Both the position numbers and the translations under genes were made by a program. DNA of 64,000 nucleotides, taken from Bacilli bacterium. Its GTDB lineage: Bacteria > Bacillota_I > Bacilli_A > RFN20 > CAG-826. Within the stretch, counting starts at the first letter, position 1, and each line of letters begins with the position of its first letter. Under the pieces are notes generated by a model that did no database searches, was not told where the DNA came from, and saw only the letters and a list, made by a program, of their open reading frames with translations. Shown piece by piece: positions 9,322-19,555 of this stretch. The stretch is taken from contig JAFSPN010000046.1 of the NCBI GenBank assembly GCA_017442875.1, forward strand, positions 723-64,722. Direction: 5' to 3'.

Positions 9322-12300
9322 CTAATCTTCTTTTCTTTTCTTGGCTAACAAGACACCGACGCCCGCTAAAGCAGTTAAAGCGATTAACGATGAGGCAGTG
9401 GCAATAGAACCACCACAGCCACCTTCACAACCACGTTTTGATGTTTCGCCTTTTTCGAATATAACCATTTCGAAATCGGTACCGAGTGTGGTAGTTGTCT
9501 CGTCTTCAAATTCTAGTTCCACGAGGATGTGAATGAATTTGTTTGCAACTTCGTTAGCTTTGCCACTGATGGCGTATCCATCAAATGTTAATCCGTCTGG
9601 GAGCATTGTCGTTTCATCAATCGAGAGAGTGACATCATTGATAACTTTGTCTTTGTAATCACTACCTGCGGTTAATTCGTCTGGTAATTCTACTTCGATG
9701 TTGATTTTTTCGCCGACTCGAGCGGTGAATTGTTTGTTTTCAACACCAGATAAAATGACACCTTTAGCATCAGGGATTAGGTCTTTTGCCATAACGCCAG
9801 AGTTAACGTTGCTATATAGACAGCCTTTGCACATTTCTCTAACAGCGTACCACCATGAATATGATTCATAGGTTTCACCATCATATGTGAAGACTGGGCA
9901 ACCTCTTTCAGAGTCCCAACGGCAGTTCACATCATCAGCGTAATCGCTGCCATCTAATTGTTGGTTACAACCAGCTAAAATACGGTTATTGATATTTTCA
10001 TAGCATTTATTGACAAATGTGTTTGTATCACCACGACCACTACTACGGTGAGTCATATCGGAAATGATGTGTCCTTTAAAGCCCCATTCATCGCGGAGAA
10101 CTTCTGTTAATAATGGATAGCTTGCTGCTGTTTCCATTAATCCTAAACGGTTATAAGAAGACATGATACCCATGGATTTGCCCTCTTGGACCGCCATTTG
10201 GAATGGTTTGGCATAGATTTCACGCAATGCTTGTTCGGTAACGTAAGTCACAACGCCTTCACGATTTTGTTCTTGATCGTTAACCAAGAAGTGCTTGAAA
10301 TAACAATAGACACCTCTATCGGTAGCGCCGGCGACGACTCTACCACACATACGTCCGCTTAAGAACGGATCTGCTGAATAGTATTCAAAGTTTCTACCAC
10401 CGAATGGAGAACGGTGAATATTACAAGCTGGACCTGCCCAACCATACATGTTAGCAAGGTGACCTTCCATACCACAAGCTTCGCCTTGCTCTCTAGCTAA
10501 ATCAACATTGTATGTTGCAGCAACAATTGGTGCACCAACCCACCAAATAATTTCAAATTGGGATGGACCATCACTGTCGCCAGTGCTCTCTTTACCCATT
10601 CTAGAAATAGCAGGGTTGTGTGAACCACCACCAACGACAAATCTCATCATTTCTTCATATGTCATTTGGTTCATCAATTCTTCCCATCTTGGATCATCAA
10701 GTGGAACGCCGATCAAAGTATTGATTTGGATACTTTCTTCTTTGGAAAGAGTTGTGTTTGGTTGTGACCAACCCAAAGCTTCAATATCTTCTTTTGTCTT
10801 ATAGACTTTTTCTGGAACATATTCGAAATCTTTATCTATTTCAACATCAGCAATGTTGAATTTATGATTTAAGAATTCTTCAACCCTGCTGCCTTCTTTT
10901 AATTTACGATCTTCCATTGTTGGGAAGTGTGGGAAAGTGTCTTCAAAATTAGAACGACTAAATTGAGTAAATTCAACATCGTTTTCTAATGGTACTGAAC
11001 TATAGAAATCGTTATTAGAGAAACGGTTTTTAACTTCATTACCTGTGTAACGATCGTATCGATATTGCACGCCACCTTCGGCAACGGTTAGTTTAATCGA
11101 ACCTTCGTAGGCTTCATGAGCATTCTTGTTCAAGGTGATTTCATATTCGCCTTCATCTAACTCATAGCCTTTGAATTCATTATTGTTGGCGTCACTGAAA
11201 TCGTAGTTAGCGACATCTTGGAGATAGAACTTTAATGTCAATTCTTGTTCTTCGCCAGGTTCAAGTAATTTTGTTTTAGCAAAAGCACAAAGGACGCGAT
11301 CCGCTTTTTCAATTCCTTCATTATAGTAAGGTGCTTTCCAATATAGTTGGACAACATCTTTACCAGCTTTAGAGCCAGTATTTGTAACTTTGACTTTTAC
11401 TTCTGCTCTTGACTTACTATTTTTGGCATTGATTGTCTTGCCATTTAAATTGCATTTAAGGATTTCTTGATTGAATGATGTATAGCTTAAGCCATAACCA
11501 AATGGATAAATAACACCATAATCGCCGTCATACCATTCATTGGCTTCAGTCTCGTTTTCTTTGGCCATGTCTGCATATTTAGTTTCATAGTAACGATAGT
11601 CGACATAAATACCTTCTTCATATGAGACATATGACGCAGGTCTAACACCATTGATACCGGCTTTAACTACACCGTATTGTTTGCTATCCCATTGAGCGGC
11701 ACCACGATATGTGCCTTCACTCTTTACTGGGCTACCATCAGGTTTAAACATGGTGTCTTGCGACATGTGTTTAGCATCAGAGGTACCTTCGTTAGCAATA
11801 GGACCAGTTTGTGTATTAGCACTGAAGTTTTGCCATGTTGGATCGTTATTAAATTTACGAGCCCAGGTTTCAACGGTTCTTCCAGATGGATTGACTTGTC
11901 CGGTTAGAATTCGGCCAACCGCACCAGTACCAGTACAACCAGGTGTGCCCATCCAGAGGATGGCTTTGACTTTATCGTTGTTTTCAAACTGGTCACATTG
12001 GAAGATATTTCCTGAGTTAATCAAAATGATAATGTTGTTAAATTTTTCATTTAATAAATCAAACAAAGCTTGTTCATTATCGGATAATTGTAATGCGTGT
12101 TTTGTGGAGAAACCACCTTTCACACTATCGGTAACATCACATGTCTTAACGTCGCAGCCTTCACTACCTTCACGAGAAATTACTTGAATAGCGCAGTCAT
12201 TATATTGATCAAGAGAATTCTTAAGCGCTTCAGTATAAGAAGACATTGGTGTTTCACCAATCGTAACTTCCGAAATACCTTTATATCCAGAGTTACCATT

Positions 12301-12702
12301 TGTACGGCCGTTACCGGATTTGCTATTGTCCTTGTAGAAAGCCGTCAAATCACCATTTAAAGTAAATCCAACTCTTTCCAAAGATTGTTGCAAGTTTATT
12401 TCGGTTTCTCCGGCATTACGACCACTACCGGAACCGCCACCACCTTGAACCAAACTGGTTGAACTCTTACCAACGACAGAAATTCTTTGATTTCCGCTCA
12501 TCGGAAGGAAACCATCTTTGTTCTTTAAAAGGACAAATCCTTCGTCACAAATCTTGCCGTTAAGTTCAGAGCCATAGGCGATGTAAGCGCTCCTGTTATT
12601 TTCACCAATAAAATAAGCGCTTAATTCTTGAGCACTTTGTGATAACGCTAACGGAGCAGCGATCGCAGCAAGAAAAACAGGAATTAATAGTTTTTTCTTC
12701 AT
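9322..12702 (-). CDS. GH3 glycosidase, secreted (non-lipobox signal peptide), permuted domain order, Cys-motif C-terminal anchor
   Basis: Paralog of 5627..9073, sharing NIHRSPFGGRNFEYYSADP, KHFLVNDQE, DEWGFKGHIISDM and YPFGYGLSYTSF. The signal peptide MKKKLLIPVFLAAIAAPLALSQSA has no Cys. Tail: GCEGGCGGS + TM + KKRKED. Confidence 0.9.
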   Translation of the reverse strand: MKKKLLIPVFLAAIAAPLALSQSAQELSAYFIGENNRSAYIAYGSELNGKICDEGFVLLKNKDGFLPMSGNQRISVVGKSSTSLVQGGGGSGSGRNAGETEINLQQSLERVGFTLNGDLTAFYKDNSKSGNGRTNGNSGYKGISEVTIGETPMSSYTEALKNSLDQYNDCAIQVISREGSEGCDVKTCDVTDSVKGGFSTKHALQLSDNEQALFDLLNEKFNNIIILINSGNIFQCDQFENNDKVKAILWMGTPGCTGTGAVGRILTGQVNPSGRTVETWARKFNNDPTWQNFSANTQTGPIANEGTSDAKHMSQDTMFKPDGSPVKSEGTYRGAAQWDSKQYGVVKAGINGVRPASYVSYEEGIYVDYRYYETKYADMAKENETEANEWYDGDYGVIYPFGYGLSYTSFNQEILKCNLNGKTINAKNSKSRAEVKVKVTNTGSKAGKDVVQLYWKAPYYNEGIEKADRVLCAFAKTKLLEPGEEQELTLKFYLQDVANYDFSDANNNEFKGYELDEGEYEITLNKNAHEAYEGSIKLTVAEGGVQYRYDRYTGNEVKNRFSNNDFYSSVPLENDVEFTQFSRSNFEDTFPHFPTMEDRKLKEGSRVEEFLNHKFNIADVEIDKDFEYVPEKVYKTKEDIEALGWSQPNTTLSKEESIQINTLIGVPLDDPRWEELMNQMTYEEMMRFVVGGGSHNPAISRMGKESTGDSDGPSQFEIIWWVGAPIVAATYNVDLAREQGEACGMEGHLANMYGWAGPACNIHRSPFGGRNFEYYSADPFLSGRMCGRVVAGATDRGVYCYFKHFLVNDQEQNREGVVTYVTEQALREIYAKPFQMAVQEGKSMGIMSSYNRLGLMETAASYPLLTEVLRDEWGFKGHIISDMTHRSSGRGDTNTFVNKCYENINNRILAGCNQQLDGSDYADDVNCRWDSERGCPVFTYDGETYESYSWWYAVREMCKGCLYSNVNSGVMAKDLIPDAKGVILSGVENKQFTARVGEKINIEVELPDELTAGSDYKDKVINDVTLSIDETTMLPDGLTFDGYAISGKANEVANKFIHILVELEFEDETTTTLGTDFEMVIFEKGETSKRGCEGGCGGSIATASSLIALTALAGVGVLLAKKRKED

Positions 12703-12973
12703 ATGCTTTTTTTCCTTTCACGAAAAATTACATATCTTGTTTCAATACGAATACAAGTTATTTATAACTATGGATATGTAACATTCTTATATAAATATTA
12801 TTAAATTTTTAATAAATAAGAAATATGACTATTTTGTTGTTATTTACTTATTTCGTTTAGAATTGCTTTAACAGTGTTTTGATGTAAAACTTCTGATGAT
12901 ACTAACACATTGCTCATAAAAAACCTATTAACAAATTAAAGATGGGCTAATCTCTTATTTACCAATAAGAAGA

Positions 12974-13015
12974 TAATAAAAGGGACTAGAAATAATTATT
13001 TATATTTCTAACCCC
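12974..13015 (-). terminator. rho-independent terminator ending the protease-opp operon
   Basis: The minus strand reads GGGGTTAGAAATA-loop-TATTTCTAGTCCC followed by TTTTATTATC, directly after the oppF stop at 13046. Confidence 0.6.
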
Positions 13016-13045
13016 TGTTTTTATAACCATAAAAGAAATTAACGG

Positions 13046-14269
13046 TTATTTATTGAGTTCTTTTTTATATTTTTCTAACTCTTCGCTATTAGCCATAACG
13101 AAGTGTCCTGGAACGATTTCAGTAAGCTTTGGTGCTTCTTTAGAATAATCGTGTTCTTCTTGTGGCTTATAGACGAATCTTTTTCTAACTTTTTCGCTTA
13201 ATGGATCTGGCTTTGGAATTGCGGATAATAAAGCTCTTGTGTATGGATGTAATGGGTGTTTGAACAATTCATCAGAATCCGCGAGTTCGACGATATTACC
13301 AAAATACATAACCGCAATTCTATCACAGAAATATTTAACGACCGATAAGTCGTGAGCAATAAACATAATAGTTAAGCCCATTTCCTCTTTTAAATTATTT
13401 AATAAGTTAATGATTTGCGCGCGGATAGACACGTCAAGCGCGGAAATAGGTTCATCGCAAATTAAGAAGTCTGGATTCATGATTAACGCTCTAGCGATAC
13501 CAATACGCTGTCTTTGACCACCACTGAATTCGTGTGGATATCTAGAAGCGTATTCTGGAAGTAAACCAACCTTAACTAAAACGTCTTTCACTTTTTGTGA
13601 ATTTTCAAAGCGGTTATATTGTCCTTGAATGTGCAAACCTTCTTGAATGATATCTTCAACAGTCATTCTTGGGTCAAGACTATCGACAGGATCTTGGAAG
13701 ATCATCTGCATCTTAGACATCAATTTTTTATCGACGTGTTTATTGTCGTAATTATGTTGGGCAATCTTTTCTTTTTCGTATTTGATTAAAGTTGCTAAAT
13801 CAGATTCGATTTTAGCAATTTGTTCAGCGTAATCTTTTTGAATTTTCGCGGTTTCATTTGCCACTAGTTCTTGATTGCCTTGATCATCTGATAAGCTCTT
13901 AATCTTTTCGTTCATTTCGAGCTTGAGCTCTTTGATTCTGCGGCGGGCTTTAATGCGTTTCCACTTGATTTCTTTTTCATTCCAACGGTTACCCGCGACA
14001 ATACGATAACCTTTGAAATAAACAGAACCAGAGGTGGCTTTATATAATCTAATTAAAGTTCTACCAGTTGTGGTTTTACCACATCCTGATTCACCAACCA
14101 CACCAAAGCATTCACCTTTTTTGATATCAAAGCTGACATCATGGACAGCTTTAGTGACAAAGGCGTTTTTACCATGACCAAACTTAAAGAATTGTTTTAA
14201 GTGTCTAACGGATAATTCAATATTGTTTTCCACTAATTCAGGAAGGTATGTAACTGTTCTTCTTGCCAT
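13046..14269 (-). CDS. oppF: oligopeptide-type ABC transporter ATP-binding protein (OppF-like) with ~95-aa inserted K/E-rich segment
   Basis: Walker A GESGCGKTT, Q-loop MIFQDP, signature FSGGQRQR, Walker B FLICDEPISALD, and the Opp C-terminal motif HPYTRALLSAIP. Confidence 0.9.
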   Translation of the reverse strand: MARRTVTYLPELVENNIELSVRHLKQFFKFGHGKNAFVTKAVHDVSFDIKKGECFGVVGESGCGKTTTGRTLIRLYKATSGSVYFKGYRIVAGNRWNEKEIKWKRIKARRRIKELKLEMNEKIKSLSDDQGNQELVANETAKIQKDYAEQIAKIESDLATLIKYEKEKIAQHNYDNKHVDKKLMSKMQMIFQDPVDSLDPRMTVEDIIQEGLHIQGQYNRFENSQKVKDVLVKVGLLPEYASRYPHEFSGGQRQRIGIARALIMNPDFLICDEPISALDVSIRAQIINLLNNLKEEMGLTIMFIAHDLSVVKYFCDRIAVMYFGNIVELADSDELFKHPLHPYTRALLSAIPKPDPLSEKVRKRFVYKPQEEHDYSKEAPKLTEIVPGHFVMANSEELEKYKKELNK

Positions 14270-14271
14270 AA

Positions 14272-16119
14272 TTACTCATTACCTCCTTCATTCTTTTTTT
14301 CGAACTCTTTGGCTTCTTTTAAAACATCTTCAGCGTGTTGTTCCATCGCGAGTTCGCTTGAGGCTTTAGCCACTTCGCCTGTTTCTAAAGGATTGATAGC
14401 GTTAGAAATATCTTCTTTTGTTTTCTTAGAAGGTTTTTGTTTACGCGCCGATAAAGCGGACTCGATACGCGTTTTAACAATGGCAGGCATTTCCACTTTT
14501 GGTGCTCTTGGATCTAATAACCAAGTAGCAGCGTAATGGGTATCAGACACCTTAAATAAAGGTGGTTCTTTCTTAAAGTCAATTTTCATCGCATATTTGC
14601 TACGTAAGGCAAAGGCATCACCAACAGGTGGATAAATTAAGTTTGGTGGCGTACCCGGAATAGCATCTAATCTTTCTTTACTATCGATATCAGGGATGGA
14701 TGATAATAAAGCCCAAGTATAAGGATGTCTTGGATCATAGAAGATTTCTTCTTCAGTACCATATTCCACAATCTTACCAGCGTACATGACAGCGACGCGG
14801 TCCGCCATATTAGCGACAACACCTAAATCGTGGGTAATAAAGATACACGTCATGTGTCTTTCCGCTTTAATGCGGTTAATTAATTCAAGGATTTGTGCTT
14901 GAATGGTCACGTCTAACGCAGTTGTTGGTTCGTCACAAATTAAGATGTCTGGGTCCGCGGTTAAAGCAATCGCAATAACGATTCTTTGTCTCATACCACC
15001 AGAGAATTCAAATGGATATTGTTTAAATCTCTTTTCAGGGAATGGGATACCAACTTCTTCCATAATCTTGAGCGCTCTAGCTTTGGCCTCAGCGTGTGTG
15101 ATTTTAACTTTAGATTGATAATGCTTTTTGGCTTCTTTTGGGTCAACACCACTATTAATTTCTTCAAGATATTCTTGCTTGTATTGTTCTTTAACTTTAG
15201 CCACCTCAACTTTAGCTTCTTTATTCTTTGCTAAATAAGTTGCTTTAGTTTCGGCGATTAACGGTTTATATTTGGCCCTTAATTCTGATTTGCTAGTCTC
15301 ATTGTTTGTTTTTGCTTCTTTAATCTTTTGGTTAAAGTCCGCTTTAAGGGCGGCTAATTGTTCTTTATTAGAAGCTTTTTGTGATTGCGCGTTTTCTTTA
15401 ATTTCTTTTCTAGTTGCTTCGTATCTAACTTTAGCTTCTGCTAACGCTTTATTTCTTTCTTCGTTAATAGAAGCAACGTTTTCAGGTTGCTCTTTAACTA
15501 AAGAATCATATTTATGTTTAATGGTCACTTTCTCTAAACCATAGTCTTGGCTTAAAGCGTATAATTTACCATCGCTTTCGTTTTTGGCGACGTTTTTAAT
15601 TCTTTCAACTTCTTTTTTCTTTTCACTCTTTAAGAATTTAACAGCTTCTTTACCCCTATTAAGTTCGCTCTTATAAGCGGTAATCGCATTCTTATAGGCC
15701 ACGAATTCAGTCGCGGTTAGTTCTTGTCTCATCTTCTTTAAACGATTACCGTTAAGAAGCATAGCTTCAGTAATTTGTTTGCCAATTCTCATGATTGGGT
15801 TTAAAGATGATAAAGGATCTTGGAAGATCATACCAATTTTATGGCCTCTGATGCGATGGAATTCATCTTCGGAAACCTTGGTTAAATCTTCGCCTTCATA
15901 CATGATGGAACCACTGACAATACGCGCGTTCGCGCTTAAAATACCCATGATGGTTTTACTCGTGACGGATTTACCAGAACCGGATTCACCAACGATACAT
16001 AATGTTTCACCCTTATATAAATCAAAGGAAACACCACGTACCGCTTGGACGTAACCATGGTCTGTGGAGAAGTTAACTTTTAAATCCTTAACGGATAATA
16101 CTATTTCTTTATTTTCCAT
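14272..16119 (-). CDS. oppD: oligopeptide-type ABC transporter ATP-binding protein (OppD-like) with ~220-aa coiled-coil-like insertion
   Basis: Walker A GESGSGKS, MIFQDP, signature FSGGMRQR, Walker B ILICDEPTTALD, HPYTWALLSSIP. It has a long Lys/Glu/Ala-rich insert between the Q-loop and the signature. Confidence 0.9.
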   Translation of the reverse strand: MENKEIVLSVKDLKVNFSTDHGYVQAVRGVSFDLYKGETLCIVGESGSGKSVTSKTIMGILSANARIVSGSIMYEGEDLTKVSEDEFHRIRGHKIGMIFQDPLSSLNPIMRIGKQITEAMLLNGNRLKKMRQELTATEFVAYKNAITAYKSELNRGKEAVKFLKSEKKKEVERIKNVAKNESDGKLYALSQDYGLEKVTIKHKYDSLVKEQPENVASINEERNKALAEAKVRYEATRKEIKENAQSQKASNKEQLAALKADFNQKIKEAKTNNETSKSELRAKYKPLIAETKATYLAKNKEAKVEVAKVKEQYKQEYLEEINSGVDPKEAKKHYQSKVKITHAEAKARALKIMEEVGIPFPEKRFKQYPFEFSGGMRQRIVIAIALTADPDILICDEPTTALDVTIQAQILELINRIKAERHMTCIFITHDLGVVANMADRVAVMYAGKIVEYGTEEEIFYDPRHPYTWALLSSIPDIDSKERLDAIPGTPPNLIYPPVGDAFALRSKYAMKIDFKKEPPLFKVSDTHYAATWLLDPRAPKVEMPAIVKTRIESALSARKQKPSKKTKEDISNAINPLETGEVAKASSELAMEQHAEDVLKEAKEFEKKNEGGNE

Positions 16120-18254
16120 TAGTCTTCTCCTTTCAAACTTGGGTTAATCGCATCTCTTAAGCCGTTACCGAATAAGTTAAATGAAATCATAATTAAAGCG
16201 ATAATAACGGCAGGGAAGATAAGTAAGTATGGGTTAGTTAATAATTCCGCTTGGTTATCCGATAAGACAACACCTAATGAAGAAGTATTCTTTAAGCCTA
16301 AACCTAAATAGGAAATTGTGGCTTCGGAGAAGATAACGCTTGGAATCATTAAAACTGCACCGGTAATAATCGTACCTAAAGCATTAGGTAAGATGTGTTT
16401 GGCAATCAAACGCGCATCAGAAGCGCCCAATGTACGGGACGCTAAAACGTATTCACGTCCTCTAAATCTATAGAACTGTGTTCTCGTTCTTGCCGCGGTA
16501 CCAATCCAACCTGTTAGACAGAGCGCTAAAGCGAATGTCCAGAAGTTCGAACCGAAGTGCAAGATGATTAAAGTCATAACGACAATCCATGGAATACCAG
16601 ATAGGATATCGGTAAATCTTTCCATGAGTAAGTCGACTGCACCACCGAAATAGCCACAGATAGAGCCCCAAATCAAACCGAAGGTAAAGCAAACCGCGAA
16701 TGTCAAAACACCGAGTAATAATGATGTTCTTAAACCTTCAAAGACATATTTAAACATGTCTCTACCAGATTTATCTGTGCCCATCAAGTAAATAGGGGCT
16801 TTTGTATATCCTAAGTATTTATAATAATGGACGGAGAATTTGACGCCTAATGTGCCAAAGACATCATCACCATAGAAATCATCGGCAGTAATTTCTTTAG
16901 CAAGTGGGCAATTAACTGGATCTAAAATCTTGAAAGAATAATTAGTGCGGTCAATGAAATAACCACTGTCATCTTTCCAAACGGTATCAAGACCAAACTG
17001 ATCTTTAAATGAAATCCAGCCTTTATCAGCGTAAGTTAATAAGTCACTGACGAATTCGCCTTCGATTTGTCTAACGCCGAATGCGGCTTCGTAAGTATCA
17101 TAAACAAATGAGCAGAAATGGGCTTTAGAAAGATAGATTCTTCTGACACCAGTACTACTCCAATATTCATACCCATCATTGATGGATTTGGTCATCGCCT
17201 TTGTCGCATCAGTGAAAGACATATCATTAAATATGTTTCTAATATTTTCGCTTGTGGAAGCACTTTCAAAAGTAATGCTTCTAATTAAAGCACATGTATT
17301 CTTTTGATGTTCGTGTTCAACGTTTAATCTAACAGAGAAGGAGGCGTTTTGGAATTCGGTTTGACCACCGGTTTCGTTTTTGATGATATCGCTAATGTTG
17401 AGTTTTTCTTCTTTTAAGCGCTCAACCGCACTACCAATGTTATGGACAGTAGCATAGTCCACTAATTTGATTTCTTTATCTTCTAAAACGTTATCGGTAT
17501 TTAATTCAGAATAAAGGAAATAGAAAGCGGATTCACCAACGACATAATTATCAGGAGCGTTGAAACTATCTTTGCCTTCTTTTTCTCTAATTTTATTAGC
17601 ATCATATGTGTCAAAAGATGTGAGATATAAATCATTGTCTAAAACCAAAGAAGGAATAGCTTTAGAAGAGAAAGCCACATAATCGCTGGCTTCGCTTTCA
17701 TAATAGCCAAAATGGACATAACCCTCTTTACCAAAAGTACCGAGGTTAGAAATGTCGTTACTATATTTTTCTTCAGTAAATACTTTTTTACTAATCGCAC
17801 TTCTCTGTGGGAATTTCTTGCTTGATGGCCACCAGTGAAGTTGTTTTTCTTCTTCGGTTTTTGCGTCAGGCATTTCACTTAAGTCGACAGCGATATTGCT
17901 ATATTTGATTGTGCCATCCCAAAAACCTGTTCCCGCTTTGAAAAGTTTTGGAGCAAGATATGTTTCATATGGATGGGCCACTTTTGTGTTGCTTGTGTCA
18001 ACAAGTGGCACGATGAAAGACATGAGTAATAAAGCGCCCAAAATATAAGCAGCCACGACAGATGATTTGTTTTTACCAAATCTCTTAAGTGAGTCTTTCA
18101 AGAATGTGGTTGGTTTAGTTTGGAACTTTTGTTCATGAACTGAGGAATCAACTTGCGTTAGGACAAAATCATCTTTGCTGATATCAGCGTCTTCAATGAT
18201 TTCACCAGCATTAGGGGATTCATCAAGTAGTTCGAAATCTTTGTCTTCAAGCAT
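16119..18254 (-). CDS. oppC: oligopeptide-type ABC permease (OppC-like) with ~450-aa extracytoplasmic insertion after TM1
   Basis: The C-terminal ~270 aa is a BPD-type permease core with EAA loop ASRTLGASDARLIAKHILPNALG. I place the start at MLEDK (ATG 18254), one nt after the oppB stop and preceded by GGGGGA. The track ORF starts at 18299. The stop overlaps the oppD start at 16119. Confidence 0.85.
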   Translation of the reverse strand: MLEDKDFELLDESPNAGEIIEDADISKDDFVLTQVDSSVHEQKFQTKPTTFLKDSLKRFGKNKSSVVAAYILGALLLMSFIVPLVDTSNTKVAHPYETYLAPKLFKAGTGFWDGTIKYSNIAVDLSEMPDAKTEEEKQLHWWPSSKKFPQRSAISKKVFTEEKYSNDISNLGTFGKEGYVHFGYYESEASDYVAFSSKAIPSLVLDNDLYLTSFDTYDANKIREKEGKDSFNAPDNYVVGESAFYFLYSELNTDNVLEDKEIKLVDYATVHNIGSAVERLKEEKLNISDIIKNETGGQTEFQNASFSVRLNVEHEHQKNTCALIRSITFESASTSENIRNIFNDMSFTDATKAMTKSINDGYEYWSSTGVRRIYLSKAHFCSFVYDTYEAAFGVRQIEGEFVSDLLTYADKGWISFKDQFGLDTVWKDDSGYFIDRTNYSFKILDPVNCPLAKEITADDFYGDDVFGTLGVKFSVHYYKYLGYTKAPIYLMGTDKSGRDMFKYVFEGLRTSLLLGVLTFAVCFTFGLIWGSICGYFGGAVDLLMERFTDILSGIPWIVVMTLIILHFGSNFWTFALALCLTGWIGTAARTRTQFYRFRGREYVLASRTLGASDARLIAKHILPNALGTIITGAVLMIPSVIFSEATISYLGLGLKNTSSLGVVLSDNQAELLTNPYLLIFPAVIIALIMISFNLFGNGLRDAINPSLKGED

Positions 18255-18255
18255 A

Positions 18256-19320
18256 CTATTTCTTTTCCCCCATTCTGATTCTTGGGTCGATGAACCCATA
18301 TGATAAGTCTAGGATGATACCCGCTAATAAACCCACTGTGGTGAAAATAGCCATATCAACCATTAAGACGTTATAGTCAGGATTATTTTGATTCAAGGCT
18401 TGGATATATAAGTTACCAATGCCTGGAATACCATATAAACTCTCTAAAATCATGGAACCACCAAAGATACCAATGAATTCCGCTAAGATGGATGGAAGAA
18501 TTGGGACGAACGCATTTCTTAAAGCGTGTCTAACAATCGCTTGGTTTTTGGTTAAGCCTTTGGTTCTCGCTAAAAGTAAATATTCACTAGACATAACTTC
18601 ACAAAGTTCGGCTCTAACGAATCTAGTGTAACCACAGATTGAACCAAAAGATAAGGACATGACTGGAATAATAAAGGCCAATGTCTTAGTTCTAGTGGAT
18701 TGGTCAGGTGTTGGCCACATTGTTGGTAACCAACCAGTTTTAAACGCTAATAAATAGATTAAGAACGAAATAACAACGAAGGATGGGATGGAAATGAACA
18801 CCATTACTAATGTAGAAATAGTATGGTCAACCCAGGTGTTTTTCTTTAAACCCGCTAAAATGCCAAAAGCAATGCCTAATGGCACGGAAACGATAACGGA
18901 AACGATATTGACAGACATTGAAGCTGGTAAACGTTGAGCGATAATGCGAATCGCGGAAGCGTTTGGTTCAATCGCTGTACTTCTACCCCAGTCCCATTTA
19001 GTGACAATATTGCCTAACCATGAGAAATATTGTTCAACAATTGGTCTTTGATAGAAATAGAACCATTCATCACCAATCTTCATTTGATCAAGTGGTGCCA
19101 CGTTAGGAACAAAGCCAGCATCAACTTCCGCTGCTGTTTTGGTAAAATAAGTCACATATCCTAACTTAAATTGATCCATATAGAAAGCATATCTAACGTT
19201 TTCTTGTGGAGAGAACACCTTAACAGGAGGGAGTGATTTAACTAAAAAGAAAGTCAAAGTCAAAATAATAAACGCTGTTAGAAACGCCAATAAGATTCTT
19301 TTTAACGAATATTTTAACAT
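18256..19320 (-). CDS. oppB: oligopeptide-type ABC permease (OppB-like)
   Basis: Start at MLKYSLKRILLAFLT, a typical OppB N-terminus; the track ORF extends to 19389. EAA loop: LLARTKGLTKNQAIVRHALRNAFVP. Confidence 0.9.
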   Translation of the reverse strand: MLKYSLKRILLAFLTAFIILTLTFFLVKSLPPVKVFSPQENVRYAFYMDQFKLGYVTYFTKTAAEVDAGFVPNVAPLDQMKIGDEWFYFYQRPIVEQYFSWLGNIVTKWDWGRSTAIEPNASAIRIIAQRLPASMSVNIVSVIVSVPLGIAFGILAGLKKNTWVDHTISTLVMVFISIPSFVVISFLIYLLAFKTGWLPTMWPTPDQSTRTKTLAFIIPVMSLSFGSICGYTRFVRAELCEVMSSEYLLLARTKGLTKNQAIVRHALRNAFVPILPSILAEFIGIFGGSMILESLYGIPGIGNLYIQALNQNNPDYNVLMVDMAIFTTVGLLAGIILDLSYGFIDPRIRMGEKK

Positions 19321-19555
19321 TTGCTTTTCCTTTCTTGGGCTACACTTAATAAAATAAGTGTCTCTAAAATATAACACATTATAAACCATTCTTCAAGAAT
19401 GGTCTCAATTACCAACGTTTTGTTGGAGTTATCCAACTATCCAAGAAAAGTCAAAAACCAAATCTATTCTGAATAATTTAAGCCATCCGTGTCTGTGTTT
19501 CATAATAAAAGCGGCACCATGGCGGTACCGCTTAATTTGGTTTTTTAGTTATGCA

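Noticed and set aside
14309-16054. Several 70-90-aa ORFs on both strands inside oppD and oppF
   Set aside because: They are embedded in or antisense to ABC ATPase genes that have complete Walker and signature motifs. They are products of the Lys/Glu-rich, AT-rich insert sequence.
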